From contig MU058009.1 of the NCBI GenBank assembly GCA_013265495.1, forward strand, positions 1,738,001 through 1,798,000: DNA of 60,000 bases, written 5' to 3'. Positions within the stretch are counted from its first letter, which is position 1. Each line of letters opens with the position of its first letter. Position numbers and translations under genes: made by a program. The notes under the pieces are model-generated. The model was given only the letters and a program-made list of their open reading frames with translations. It had not been told where the DNA came from and searched no databases. This document shows positions 38,817 through 50,400 of this stretch, one piece after another. The stretch comes from Vicugna vicugna. Its lineage: Eukaryota.

Positions 38817-40927
38817 GTAAGACAAGACAGCGTCTTTAAACAGGTAATGACCCTCAGCCTCTCCCACCCCCTCCCCGACCTAGGGTCCCTTCCACCTTAC
38901 CCCGGGGAAAGAGGTCGGAGAGCGGGCCGCGCTCTCAGCAGGTGGGTCTGGAGCCAGGGGCACTGGCTGGACAAACTGAGGGGGGCGCAGACCCTTGGGA
39001 ATCCCTGGTTGAGGACCAAGGCTCTTGGCCCCTTCGGTTTGGGAGAATGGACGTGGACGAGCCTGGTGAAGGCTGACTGGGGAAGCCGAGACGCCAGCTC
39101 CAGGACCCCTGCAGGCCAGCGTCCAGTCCCAGCCGGCTGCGCGTCCACGCCGCGGGCGCACGGCGGGTTCCCCGAGTCAGGGGTCCGCGTGCACCGGAGC
39201 GTGCGCGTGTGTGCGTCTGGGTGCGGGTGAGTGATCGCGACGTGCTTCTCCGACGAGTTCGACACACCCCAGTCCTCAGGCCCACCTTTCTTGGCCCCAT
39301 TAGCCCCTCGAAAGCGAAGAGTCCTATATTTGACAGCATATCAAAGGGGACAGGTTTTTTTTCCCCCTTTTCCATAGCAGTTCCTAAGAATGTAAACAAA
39401 CCAAGGCCAGGACATCTGGGTTACACGTTTAATGAACTCCCCCAGCGGGGCGGGGCCGAGGGTGCGTACCCCCCCAGGGTGGGGACCGCAGCGAGGTCCT
39501 CTCGCAGCCCAGGCGCGACCTCCCGCTTTCAGGGTAGCAGCCCAGAGCCTTCCGCTGCGCGGAGGAGGAAGGACCACCACCGCTCAGCAAACATACTTCC
39601 AACTCCTTCCCGAAACTCCGCCCCCGGGAGGCCCCCACCCCTTCCGCCTACCCCCCACTAGCCTTCCTGAGTCCGCTAAGCCCGGCAGCGTGGCCGTCCG
39701 AGGACACCGAGCAACTCAGTGGGGTGGGAACGCTCGGGTCCTATGGGGCGCGCCAATTAAGTGTCCAACCCTCCTCCTGTTTCTCTCGAGGGAAATTTGT
39801 TGATCCCAGGTAGCATCTTCTGCCCCACGCTGGAGGTCTGAAGGAGTCTATAGTCACTTTGGGGAAGCGGGGTTCTCCAGGCTTGGCAAGGAAGAGGTGT
39901 TTAATCAATCAGTGATGAAAGTATGAAAAAGGAGTGAATCAATGGATGGGTAATCAGTGAACGCTTGGGTGGACGGCTGGCTCCCAGGAGGTGGCAGAGT
40001 ATACACAGCCTACAGCGCGCTTTGATTCGCGGTGTCCAGCTTTCCCCAGAGGCTAAGGATGCCGTAAACCCCCTCACCCCACTGCTCCCAGAACGCAGGC
40101 ACAGCTGACTGATTTCTTATTATCAGCTCTTCCCCGAGGGCTGCGAAGGGCCCCGGGGTGAGGAGTGGCCGTCTCTCTCCCATCCACAAGGATCCCCCGA
40201 GTCTGCCCCCCACCCCCCGGGATCCACAGCCTCAGAGATGACAAACCCAGAGGGGCCAAAGGGAGCCCAGGAGCCTGACCCTGACCAAGAGCCAGAGAGA
40301 AAGCAAACGGGCCGGGCAAGGGGAGGGGACTGGTGGGGGAAAAGGAGGGGCAGCAGTCTAAGAGCTGTAGCCGCCAGGGGAGCCTCTCACCGCAGGAGCT
40401 CTTTTGAAGGGGAAAAAATGGATTTTTTCAGCAGCCACAAAGTTTGTATTGTTGCACAAAGGGGTGCATTGATGACGGCGAAACGTCCGCGTGGCAGGGA
40501 CAATCTGGGTCTGTTCCGCCGGCTCCCTACGCCTACCATTTGCCAGAGGGGCACAAGCAGTCCGCGGCTGCCAAGCCTCTGCCGTTCCGCCTCTGGCACT
40601 CGACTCGGAGCTTGTTGACAAACACTGCGGGCCCAGGCGCCCAGCCCTGGGGAACCAAGGGTGCTCACTCCCACCGGGCAGCGATCTGGGTTCTAAGTGC
40701 TCGAAGAGGAACGAGCAGGAGAGCGCGTAGGGCGGGTACGAGGCTGTAAAGAGCAAGGGAAAGGTGAAAAGGGAGAGAGCATTGTATTTGTACTAACTCA
40801 TTTAATATTAATAACAACCGTAAGAGGTAGTTTTGCAGATGAGAAACTGAGTCATTAAGAGTGTAATGCAACACAGCTTACAAGTTACAAATAATAAGGG
40901 CAAAGCTGTGCTGATTGCAGGCAAGTT

Positions 40928-41075
40928 CTAAATCCTCACTTCATCTTCACAACAGCCCTTTGAGGTAGTTCCTATTATAACACCAATGTACAGATGAGGA
41001 CTCCGAGGCACAGAGAGGTTAAGGAACTCGTTCAAGGCCACAGAGCTGATAAGTGCAGAGCTAGATACAAACCCA
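40928..41075 (-). mobile_element. MIR
   Basis: cttcacaacagccc...cagatgaggactccgaggcacagagaggttaagg. Confidence 0.8.
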
Positions 41076-42109
41076 AGGGGCTGGGTTTCCCAGTGGAAAC
41101 GTTCGACCAGGAGATTCCACTTGCAGATATGGGGAGGGGCAGGAGACCCAGTGGAGTAATCCTGACCACGTCCGTGCCAGATGTCAGCACTGGGCAATGC
41201 ACTTGCCAGTCCTAGCACCAGGAGCACATCCCTGAAGGTCCCTGGCCGTCCCACTCGAGATTGGCAGGATCCTCCACTTTCCCTCTTTGTGAGTCTTCCA
41301 GATTCCTTGTTCTCGCTCCCCCACCAGCCAGCCCGCTGGTTCAACCCATGCTGCATTCTGGGGGAGACAACCCCCACTAGAGGAAAGGAGGCTGGTCGCC
41401 CTAGAATGTTCACAGCGACGTGGCCCGGGGACAGCATCTGGCTGGCAGGTTCTGAACCAGCGTTTCAAGGACACAGGTCTGTACCTTGAACGCTGTTTGG
41501 GACGTCTGGGAGGCAGGGCGGCTGGAGATTTGGAGACGCTGAATTCTCCCTTCCCCCCAAAGCCCCCATCTAGGCGCCGCCACCGGGTGAGGGTCCCGGC
41601 ACCTGGCTGGTCTCCACCTCTTGTCAGCCTGCGCTCTCTGGTCAGCCTCGGACTCCCTTGGGATTTCCTCCTCGACGCCGAGTGGTCTGGGGACCTGGCC
41701 GGGAGCGCCACGGGCTGGGGGGGGGGGGGCAGAGACCCTCCCCCTCCCGGGCCCTTCCGCCGCAGCGGCCTCCCAAGTAGCGTTTTGAACCCTCTTGGCG
41801 CTAAAGCAAGAACGAGCGTGGGGAGCGGGCAGGGTGAGCTGAGGCTCTAAATCTTCCTTCAATCTGTGAGTAGATGAAGTCTGAGAAACAAATTCAAAGC
41901 AGGCGCGCCTGCAGAGCCTTCCTGCAGAAATATTCCCCGGCATTCAAGCGCATCCAGGGGCTGCTCGAGCTGCCTTGTTTGGCTAAGGTCAGACGAGACT
42001 CGAGTTCTCCAATAAAAATAAATCTCAAATTAATTATGGCCTCGAGCGAGGGGCCAGACACTTGAAGCTGCAGTTGTGCAGTCTGGAGTTTTGGCGCTCG
42101 CTCGCCCAT

Positions 42110-42166
42110 CCCTCCCCCGCCCCCCCCCCCCCCCCCCCCCCCCCCACGCCCCCCTCCCCCACCCCC
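42110..42166 (+). repeat. Poly-C tract (C26 at 42120-42145) with flanking C-runs
   Basis: Seen directly. Confidence 0.9.
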
Positions 42167-45100
42167 TTGCCAGCTCGAGTCCTGCCTGGGCTGCTGGACA
42201 GGAGGGGCCGGGAGGGGGGAGGACGCAGGAGGAAGGATCCGCCCCAGACGCTCTGCCAAGCCTGGCATCTTTCGGGGTTTCAAGTGACCGGCCGTCCCGG
42301 GGTCCGGAGGCACCCCAGGGACCTGGCTCCGGCTGTCGCGTCCTCCCACCCCCCAAGAGCGAAGAAGCCCCGGAGGCTGCGTCTGGAAAGTCTTGACCGG
42401 GTCAAAAGGGCTGACATTGAGCGAGCCAAGACACGTTTCACCCCGCCGCCGCACCCCTCCCCGGGGAAGCAAGACTTCCGCATCTTTGAAAATACTGTCA
42501 AGTGCGGATAGTGCGAGGCCAGTCATCCCACCACAGTTGCAATGAAAATGCTCCAAGTCCAGAGTTTTCCCGAATACTCGCCCCCCGTGGACATGCTTTC
42601 TACAAGTGGCCTTAGACTTAAAAATGTGTAGTGGACTGTTTTGTTGCCCCCCCCCACAGTTGGTAGCTTTTGTTTTAAATGCTGGTCCTGGTCTCTTGGC
42701 TGTCAGCTTCCCCTGACTTGAAAGCCAGCAGGCGCTGGTAGAGTGGGCAGGATGGTCGCGGGCACCAGCTCCTGGGCACCAGTCCTGCCCAGTCTGGGAA
42801 AAGGAGAGGCAAGACAGCCTCTGGTGAGCCAGGAAAGAGGGTGTGAGCAAGTGTGTGGGCTGGGGTAACCAGCCCCTAGCTAGGCCAGGAGAAGGGAGGG
42901 GAGGAGGAGGGGGGAGGAAAAAGAGGGAAGGAGAGAGGGCAGAAGAGGGGTGAGGACAGAGAAGGGGAAGGGTTCCCCGTCCCCAGCTCCAAGCCGATTT
43001 TCATCCCTAGCAGCCTCAGGCCTCACCACAGGCTATCAGTTTGTCTCAATGCAAACATTCGAAATATTCTCTTTGGCTGCTCGTGAAAACAATGTGACCT
43101 GCCAGGATCAAACCATCTTTCCAGATGTCTGGTGGTAACCACATTAAACGGGGCAGACTTGTTTACTGTTGTGTTTGCTTAGGGCTTTTTCCCCCTTCGG
43201 GATTTAAAAAGGCAGCAGCAGCGAGTGGGGCATCAAATCCAGAGTTACGTAAGTGGGCAGACTTGCCCACCGCCATGTCAGCATGGGCGCAGGGGATCTC
43301 AGAGTCCCTCGGAGGACTGCCTAGAGCTGGTGTGTGTGTGGTTGGGGGTGGGGGGACCTGCGTCTTTCTGGGTGGAGGACCTGGTGAATGGACAGGAGCT
43401 CCTCATGGAAGAGCTGGTAAATACCAAAAGCCAGGGCACCAGTGCAGCCAGTGAGTCACTCAAGGGTGACAACTCTGCCACTGCCAGCCTCTTCCCACTT
43501 CCCACCATCTTCAAAATTACGAAACTACCGAAGCTTTGGTTTTACAGGCAGAAACGGAAAGTGTTATTGAGTTCCACAGCTAAAACCAGAGGGCCAGTCC
43601 TTGTTTAAATCAAGTGCCACACTGAGTTCTCCCAAGGGAAGAGGCACCTCCTGCTAAAAGAAGTTGGGGTGCTAGGGATATTGGGGTGACTTACTGATCA
43701 GAGCAGTGAAGACTGGCTGTTATTTGTCAGGCCGAACAGGAGTTGGGAAGAGGAGCCTGGCCACCGTCTGCCACAGAGGCGCCCTTCTCAAGCACTAGCG
43801 GGACTGTGTGTAGAAGGAGAGCTGCCGGCTGGTGTGGGGTGGCCATGAACGGCCTCAGTGTTCGCCCAGCACCAGGAAGGGGGCCTCCTGTGTAGACCGG
43901 AGTTCTTTCTGCCTGCAAGAGGGGGAATGTGGCTGAGGGTGCCTGGTTTCTGGTCAGGTCCGGGTGGGAAGTGGTCTCCCCGCTCTCTCCTGAAAGCCTT
44001 GTTGTTGTTTGAAGGTCGGCAGAGTCTGGGCTGAAAAGGAAACAATTTGGGGTTTGAAAGGATGTAATTCATTCTTCCTTTCCCTTTAACCTCTTTCCTC
44101 TCTGGAAAGCATGTGGAAACGCTGAAGGGAAGAGTGAGAGGGCCGGGGGCCAAGGGGAGGAAAGGGTTAAGCCTGATTTCTTTTAATTGAACTCCAGAAC
44201 TGGTGGCCCCAGGCAAAGGGGGGGGACTGACCCCGCTAGCGGTAACCAGATGTGGCGGTCCCAGGGGAGCCCCCGAGCAGACCCCTGGATTGAGAAGCAG
44301 ACAGGAGGGGGGGGCCTACCACTCCAGGTCTGGTCACGTTCAGACCCGTGTCTGTGTTCGAACCCAAAATTGGAGCTGAATTGATGAGACTAATTTCGAG
44401 AGGGGGTGGGGGGAGGGAGGGAGGGAGGCCAGCGAGCTCTCGGGCTCAACTGCTCCTGAAGAAATAAAGAATTAATGTCACCTTTTTTGCCGCTGTGGAC
44501 ACCCTTTTGAAATTTTTTTCTTTCCAATTGACTCGGATCTCCTCTGGATTTTTCTCCCTCCTTCCCCTGGTGGACTCTTAAATAAAAGTGAGAAAGTCCA
44601 AAGCGTGGTCTGGAGAGCGTGGACAAGGTAACCTGTTTCGGATGTCGGGGAGAAGGGAGTCACGCCTAGAGCGCCCCGGGGTCCCCTCGCAGCCCCGGGA
44701 CTCCCAAGGCTGCCCCAACTGGAGCAGGCGGCACTGCAGAGGGACAGGGAGGTCTCCGAGGGGCGGGGGCCGACAAGGCGGGCCGAGGGGAGGATGGTCT
44801 CACCGCGGGGTGAGGATGACGGTCCGGAGCACCGTCCCGGAGGTCTCACCCGGGAGCGGTCTGAGTCTGTTCAGGGTTGTTGCATGCAGTGTTCTGGAGA
44901 CCTGCCGGCCAGCCGGGAGGGATCGTCTCGCCGTAGTGTAAGTTTCTTGGGGCCCAAGGTGGCATTGCATTGGCGTCTCTGGCCCGGGCGCTGGGGCTTG
45001 GGCCATCGGGTCGGGGTCAGCGCGAGGGGTCTGACCCCAGAAGGCTCGGATAGGCGACCTGGGATGCCGCGGGAACCGGCCCTCGGCGGGCGCCGGGACC

Positions 45101-45780
45101 TCTCCGGTAGCCCAGGTGCCGGGTGCTGAGGCGCGCCCCCCGGATAGCGTCCGTCCGTCCGCTAACAGCGCGCTGGGAGCGGAGTCCACGCCCCCGACGG
45201 CAGGGGTCGGTCCGAAACCGCCCCGAGTCCGCGTCGCCGGGTGAGCCGCTCCGGGAGTCTGCCCGACTCTGCAGCCCAGGGCTCGAGTGGAAAAGTTCCC
45301 ATTGGATGCACTTTTTAGCGGTTAGTTTGCTTCTGTCTGCATCCGGATCTTCCTGGGCTGTAGGCTCCACGTTATCCCCAGCCCGAGTAAACTCTCCCAT
45401 CCCACCCCCCCCCAAAAAAAGTTTGCCTCCGGCTGGGAAAAGCATTAATGAATGTATCTGTGGGAAGAAACGGAAAGTGAATGAGTCAGGAGGGCCACCT
45501 TCGGCCAACGGCCCCGGCGAAAGGAAGGAGGCCGAAGGCGTTTGGTGTCGGACTTTGTGGGGAGGGGGGCGTGCAGACTGCGGGAATCAGGGCGCGGGCG
45601 CCGGGCGTGGACCCCGGCATTGTTCCCAGCTCGCTCTTATCTCCCGGGAGCAAGTATCCTGTGTGCGCAGCGCATGAATGTATCTGGGCATCTCCGCGTA
45701 TATTTATATAGTGTGTGTGATGCGAAAAGCAGGACCAGCAGAGGGGAGGAAGAGAGTGTGGGGTGGGGGGAGGGAAGACG

Positions 45781-45868
45781 AGGGAGAGCAAAGGGGAGAG
45801 AAGAGAAGAGAGAGGAGAGCGGGAGACAGAGAGAGACAGAGAGAGAGAGAGAGAGGGAGAGAGAGAGA

Positions 45869-45910
<42 letters not shown>
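45781..45910 (+). repeat. (GA)n / polypurine tract in the FLI1 promoter
   Basis: About 130 nt almost entirely purine, mostly GA dinucleotide, immediately upstream of the 5'UTR. Confidence 0.95.
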
Positions 45911-45913
<3 letters not shown>

Positions 45914-46172
45914 TCCTCCCCATTCGCAAAGTGAAGTCACTTCCCAAAATTAGCTGAAAAAAAAGTTTCATCCGGTTAACTGTCTCTTTTTCGCTCCGCT
46001 ACAACAACAAACGTGCACAGGGGAGCGAGGGCAGGGCGCTCGCGGGGGGCACGCAGGGAGGGCCCAGGGCGCCAGAGAGGCCGCGCCGGGCTAATCCGAA
46101 GGGGCTGCGAGGTCAGGCTGTAACCGGGTCAATGTGTGGAATATTGGGGGGCTCGGCTGCAGACTTGGCCAA
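45910..46172 (+). other. FLI1: FLI1 exon 1 5'UTR / proximal transcription start region (start approximate)
   Basis: Lies between the GA tract and the ATG; contains ETS cores (ACTTCC 45911, CACTTCC 45938) and the uORF starts. Confidence 0.75.
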
Positions 46173-46190
46173 ATGGACGGGACTATTAAG
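46132..46190 (+). promoter_or_regulatory. Overlapping uORFs: AUG -41 (46132, open through the donor) and GUG -37 (46136 to TAA 46187-46189)
   Basis: Read directly from the sequence; both are out of frame with and overlap the main ATG. Positions match the uORFs described for Fli-1 mRNA as I recall them. Confidence 0.85.
46173..46190 (+). CDS. FLI1: FLI1 canonical coding exon 1 (MDGTIK), phase-0 donor; the gene continues beyond the window
   Basis: ATG GAC GGG ACT ATT AAG followed by donor GTAAGC at 46191. Matches the recalled FLI1 N-terminus MDGTIK|EALSVV, inside a CpG island and downstream of the characteristic GA repeat. Confidence 0.96.
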
Positions 46191-49184
46191 GTAAGCGACG
46201 GAGCAGTGGGCGCGGCGCGGCGGGGCCCTCCGGGGCGGCGAGGCGGCGGGCAGGCTGGGCGCGGGGCGCCGGGGTCCCGGAAGACGTGGCCACTCTCCCT
46301 TCCTTCCGCGCCCCGGCTTCGCGCCGTCTCCTCCCGCGTTCGGGTGGCGAGTCTGGCAGGCGGGGGCTCCCCGCCGAGGGCGATCTCCCCCGCACCCCTT
46401 GTCCCAAAGCGGAGCCCGGCCCCCTCCCACCGCGCTGCCGGCCGGGCTGCGGCGGGGGCGGCGGCGTGAAACCCGGGGACCGGGGCGCAGATCGCAGCCA
46501 GAGGCCGGAGACCTCCGGGGCTACCACTCCCACCCGGCGAGCGGGGCACCCCGGCCCGGCCGCTGGCTTCCTCTTCCCCGAAGCCGAAGGCGGCGGGGGC
46601 GGGAGGACAGCTGCCAGCAGCCCGGGTCCCTGCCGGGTGGGCCCAGGGGCGGGTGAGCGGACTGGTTGCAGGCGGATCGGGGTACAAGTGAGTGTGTCTG
46701 GGGGTCTGTGTGAGCGGGCTCCTCCAGATGGAAGCCCTGTTTACATGTCAGCGCGGGCCGGTTTCCCTTCCTCTTGGTACTTCTGTTGCCGGGTTCTCGG
46801 CGCTCGGGAGTAGCCGGGGCCCTGGGGCTAACGGGCCGGCCTCGCCGCTTCTCCGCCGGGGTGCCGGCCGGTGCGCGCCGCTCCCCGCGCCGGGCTCCCG
46901 CACTCCGAGCCCGGGCTGCGCCGGCTCCGGGACAGGGCTCCCACCGTCCTCGCAAAGAGGGTCCTGCGTGCCTTCAGAGCCGCTTCCAAACCGAGAGGCT
47001 CTGAGCCCGCGGTCCCGGCCACTGCCCAACCAAATCCTGCCCCGCGGCCCCTACCCTCACCCGACACCGTGCGACTGGGTCCAGGCTGCAAAGTGCAGCC
47101 CGGAGGGCCGGGTGAGGGTCTGGGTTTTATGTCAGACTGCAAGACGGTTGACTGCCTGCTCCCTCTGGAAGGGGGAAGTGGGGCCAAAGGCAGAGATGAG
47201 GGACACCCCCTAATGTGACTGGCCTTAGAGGACGGAGAAGAATGAATGGGACCTGGGGTTGGCTGGAGGCTGTCCCAGGACACAGAGCCGGAGCTGATCT
47301 GGAAAACCTATTAGGCTGCCGAGGTGGGGACTGGCAGAGCGTGCCATCGCCAGAACTTGGAGGAATCAAGTCCTAGCTCAGGGCTGAGTAAGAGGAGGCT
47401 AAGATGTGAGGCTTGGAGAATTCAAGAGATTTTTATCATTTGGGTGGGGTGGTGGTTTTTATTTTCTAAGGTTTTTTTTTCTTCTTAAAGTTTGAAATAT
47501 GCTGACTTAAGTAAAAGGCACCAACAGCAGGAACTTGAAAATCTGGAGAGGAGACAACTGATTGTCAAGGGAGCCGCTGAGAGCCTGGGTTCCTCAAGTT
47601 TAAAGTGTGTGCATGAAAGGGGACTCCTATAGGGCGGGGGTCACTGATCATTTTATACCTGTTTCTCTTCAGGTTGGTATGTGCATGCAAGTGTCTCATA
47701 GCCCTGGTTTTGTAATAAGATGCTCCCCTCTAGAAAGCTCCCCCTTGTCCGGAGGCTTACCACTTACCCAGAAGGCACCCTCTGACCCGGAAGGGTGGTA
47801 AGATGGCTCCAGGGTCCCGATGTGGACACCCTAAGGAGAAGTGAAGCAATATCTCCCCAATGCTCAGACCTCTTAGCACAGGCCCCGAGGGTAGGGAGGA
47901 AGCTGTGGTCTGTGTACCCAGGATGTGCTAACCTCTCTAGATACATACACAGGGATTGGCATGGCAGGCAATGAGAACAGGCTTAGACTAGGACCCTGGC
48001 GCTCCGTGCTGGGATGGGAGTGATGGTCTTCCTTCTTGTGTGGGTGATGGGAGACTGTGAGTCCATCCAGACCCTCCCCCAGAGCACTTTTGACTCTGAT
48101 CCGGGTTACCTGGCTAGGAGACCCACCATGAGAGCAAGGCTGTTCAGGCTGTCACCTTCAGTCCCCAGCGCCGTGAAGGACTGCGTCTCTAGTGTATAGT
48201 TCGGTGTTTAGATTGTGTGAAAGCCAGTTTCCTGTTCATGTGTGACCTTCAGATCTTGGGGCTCCCAGACCCCACTCCCACAATGGTTCAAACACTGTGT
48301 TTGGAGAGAACAGTGGATGAGGAGAGGCCACTGGACTTCTGGTCTCCATGCACATTCTGTAAAAATGAAACAGCAGGGCCAAATTACCTCTACAGTCATA
48401 TCTTTCCAATCCTTTCAGTTCCTAAATATCATGCTCATATGCTCTTGCAAGAACATATACCTGCATGCCCACAAAATCCAGTTATATACTGAGAGGGGGT
48501 CTGAAGACACTATATACCATGTTGAATTTGTAGGCGCAAACCCAGAATGTGTGTTCCCAGTTTGAATGGCCTTGACAAATCATCTTTGACTAATTCTGGG
48601 ATGTGATTTTCATGCACCTGCATATTTCTTCCTTGTATACAAAGCATGTTTGTATTTCAAAATACATCGGGGTCTCAGCACTGAGGAACTATTTGGTCCA
48701 GGTTGCCAGAGAAGTCTGTGTTTCTTTGCAGAAGGCTTTTATTTTGTGCATAGTTTGCACAATTTCATGTGAGTACAAAATCTCAGCCTCATCGTCCTTG
48801 CTATAATAAGTCCTTCTGTATCACGCTGTCCACTCCTTTCCAAGAATGTCTCCTGGGAAGGCTCTGAGCATCACATTGGGAGGACCAGAATTTGCAGGAG
48901 CTGTTCCACTCTTCTTTTGCCACAGATAAGTTAACCTACAATATTAAACAACACCCTGCCCCACCCTGCTCTCCACGGCGATAGTATCAGTGTTGAAAAG
49001 CACGTGATGCTGGTTGCTGATTTAAGAATGACCTGGTTTCAAAAACTGCATCTTAGTTCTAGGCAGTCTTCAATTGAATCTACTCATTTCATCAATGGAA
49101 GTTTGATTTAATGTACGTGGTACTGTTAAAGGTGGGGAAGCAATCCGAGAAGATGCAGATGTGGTGAATGAAATATGGAAATGA

Positions 49185-49350
49185 ACAGGGGACTTGGAGT
49201 CAGGAAACCTGGGCTCATCCTCAGCTCTGCTGCTCAGTTTCTGTGTGCCCTGTAGCCAGACACTGAGCTCCCTGAGTCTCAGTTTTCTCATCTATAAAAT
49301 GGGGCCAAAGTACCTCCTTGCCATAAATCACAGTAAGGACTGAATAAAGT
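49185..49350 (+). mobile_element. MIR
   Basis: ggacttggagtcaggaaacctggg...ctcagttttctcatctataaaatgggg. Confidence 0.8.
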
Positions 49351-49479
49351 CTGATACCTTAGTTGAATGTACATTAGTTGTATTTCTTCTAAGGGAATTG
49401 GGCTTTTGGAGATCGATTGGTCAGAAAACTGCATCATAGGTCTGGATTTATTATAATATATATTTCATTAATTCCATAA

Positions 49480-49690
49480 ATATTAATGATGTGTCCATTA
49501 CATTCCAAGGCTCTTCTTGATGGGTTGAGGATAAAACAGGGATCAAAACCCTGCTGGATTTACACTCTAGTGGAGATGACAGACACATAAATCAATAATT
49601 GGATGTCCAGGACGATACATATTCTAAAGAACAGGTTAGAGGGTAGAAAGTGATGTAGCTATATCAGTCAGGATGGTCAGGGAAGATGCT
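49480..49690 (-). mobile_element. LINE-2 3' fragment
   Basis: Degenerate antisense L2 end (acactctagtggagatgacagac...ggtcagggaagatgcttc). Confidence 0.55.
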
Positions 49691-50224
49691 TCCAACAAAG
49701 TCGCAGTGCAGCAGGACACAGCCCACTTTCATCCTTTACCTCAGGAAAGCTCAGCCCCATGCAGCCAGTGCGTGATGGGAGAGCAAAATGGGAAAGGAGG
49801 GTGGCGGTGACAGCTGGGCTTTCAAAACCAGCAGAGAGTCTGAGCCAGAATGGCTCGGGCCACATGTAATCACCACCAGGGCAGCACTCGGCCACCGGGG
49901 AGCTCTGGGGCTGGGCTCCCTGGGGACAGCAGCAGAGGGAGGGCTACCTGGGGGCAAAGATCTTCCTTCTGTCCTCAAAGGGGTTGTTGCTTCCCTTTGA
50001 AGAGTGGACTGCCTGCCCACTGGCACCTTTTCACCTTCCTGTCACCTAGACTGACGGGAACTCTGGGCAGGAGAGACTGTGTCCATTGATCTGTCCCCAA
50101 GACCACGCAGAATTGCCTCCCTCGGGGAGCTACCAAATGGTGAATCTTGTTTGGTTTGTGAATAATTTCTACCAAAAAAGCTTCCATCCACTTCTGCTGC
50201 TGTTCAAATGCAAGCTTAGAGGTT

Positions 50225-50400
50225 TGCAACCTTAGAGCTTTAGAGATTATTCAGCTCCATATTCTTATTTTATGGGTCAGGAAACTGAGGCTCAGAGCAG
50301 TTTGATGAATTACCCAAGATCACATAGCTAACTGGTGACAGGGTCAGGGTGAGAATGCAGGGCTCCCAGCCCCCGGACTAGTGTTCTTTCCACTATACCA
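50225..50400 (-). mobile_element. MIR/MIR3
   Basis: ggaaactgaggctcagag...cccaagatcacatagcta...ctttccactatacca. Confidence 0.8.

Larger units (their letters stand above)
38880..42520. promoter_or_regulatory. Upstream CpG-rich cluster (sub-islands ~38.9-39.75, 40.3-40.75, 41.5-42.5 kb)
   Basis: High CpG density starting just 3' of the ERG-like exon; boundaries judged by eye. Confidence 0.7.
44640..47120. promoter_or_regulatory. Main CpG island / FLI1 promoter
   Basis: Very GC- and CpG-dense around exon 1. AP-1 TGAGTCA 45482-45488, GATA CTTATCT ~45636, AT-rich TATATTTATATA 45699-45710, CTCF-like CCAGCAGAGGGGAG 45735-45748, several ETS cores. Confidence 0.9.

Noticed and set aside
40365..40555. 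CTCF-like strings at 40371 and 40540
   Set aside because: Three or more mismatches in the core within GC-rich background.
41894..42850. 318-aa minus-strand ORF with poly-Gly
   Set aside because: Non-ATG start; poly-Gly comes from the C homopolymer; GC-rich stop avoidance; no recognisable domain.
46191..46469. Read-through of MDGTIK into a 111-aa ORF
   Set aside because: It continues past the canonical donor into GC-rich intron 1.
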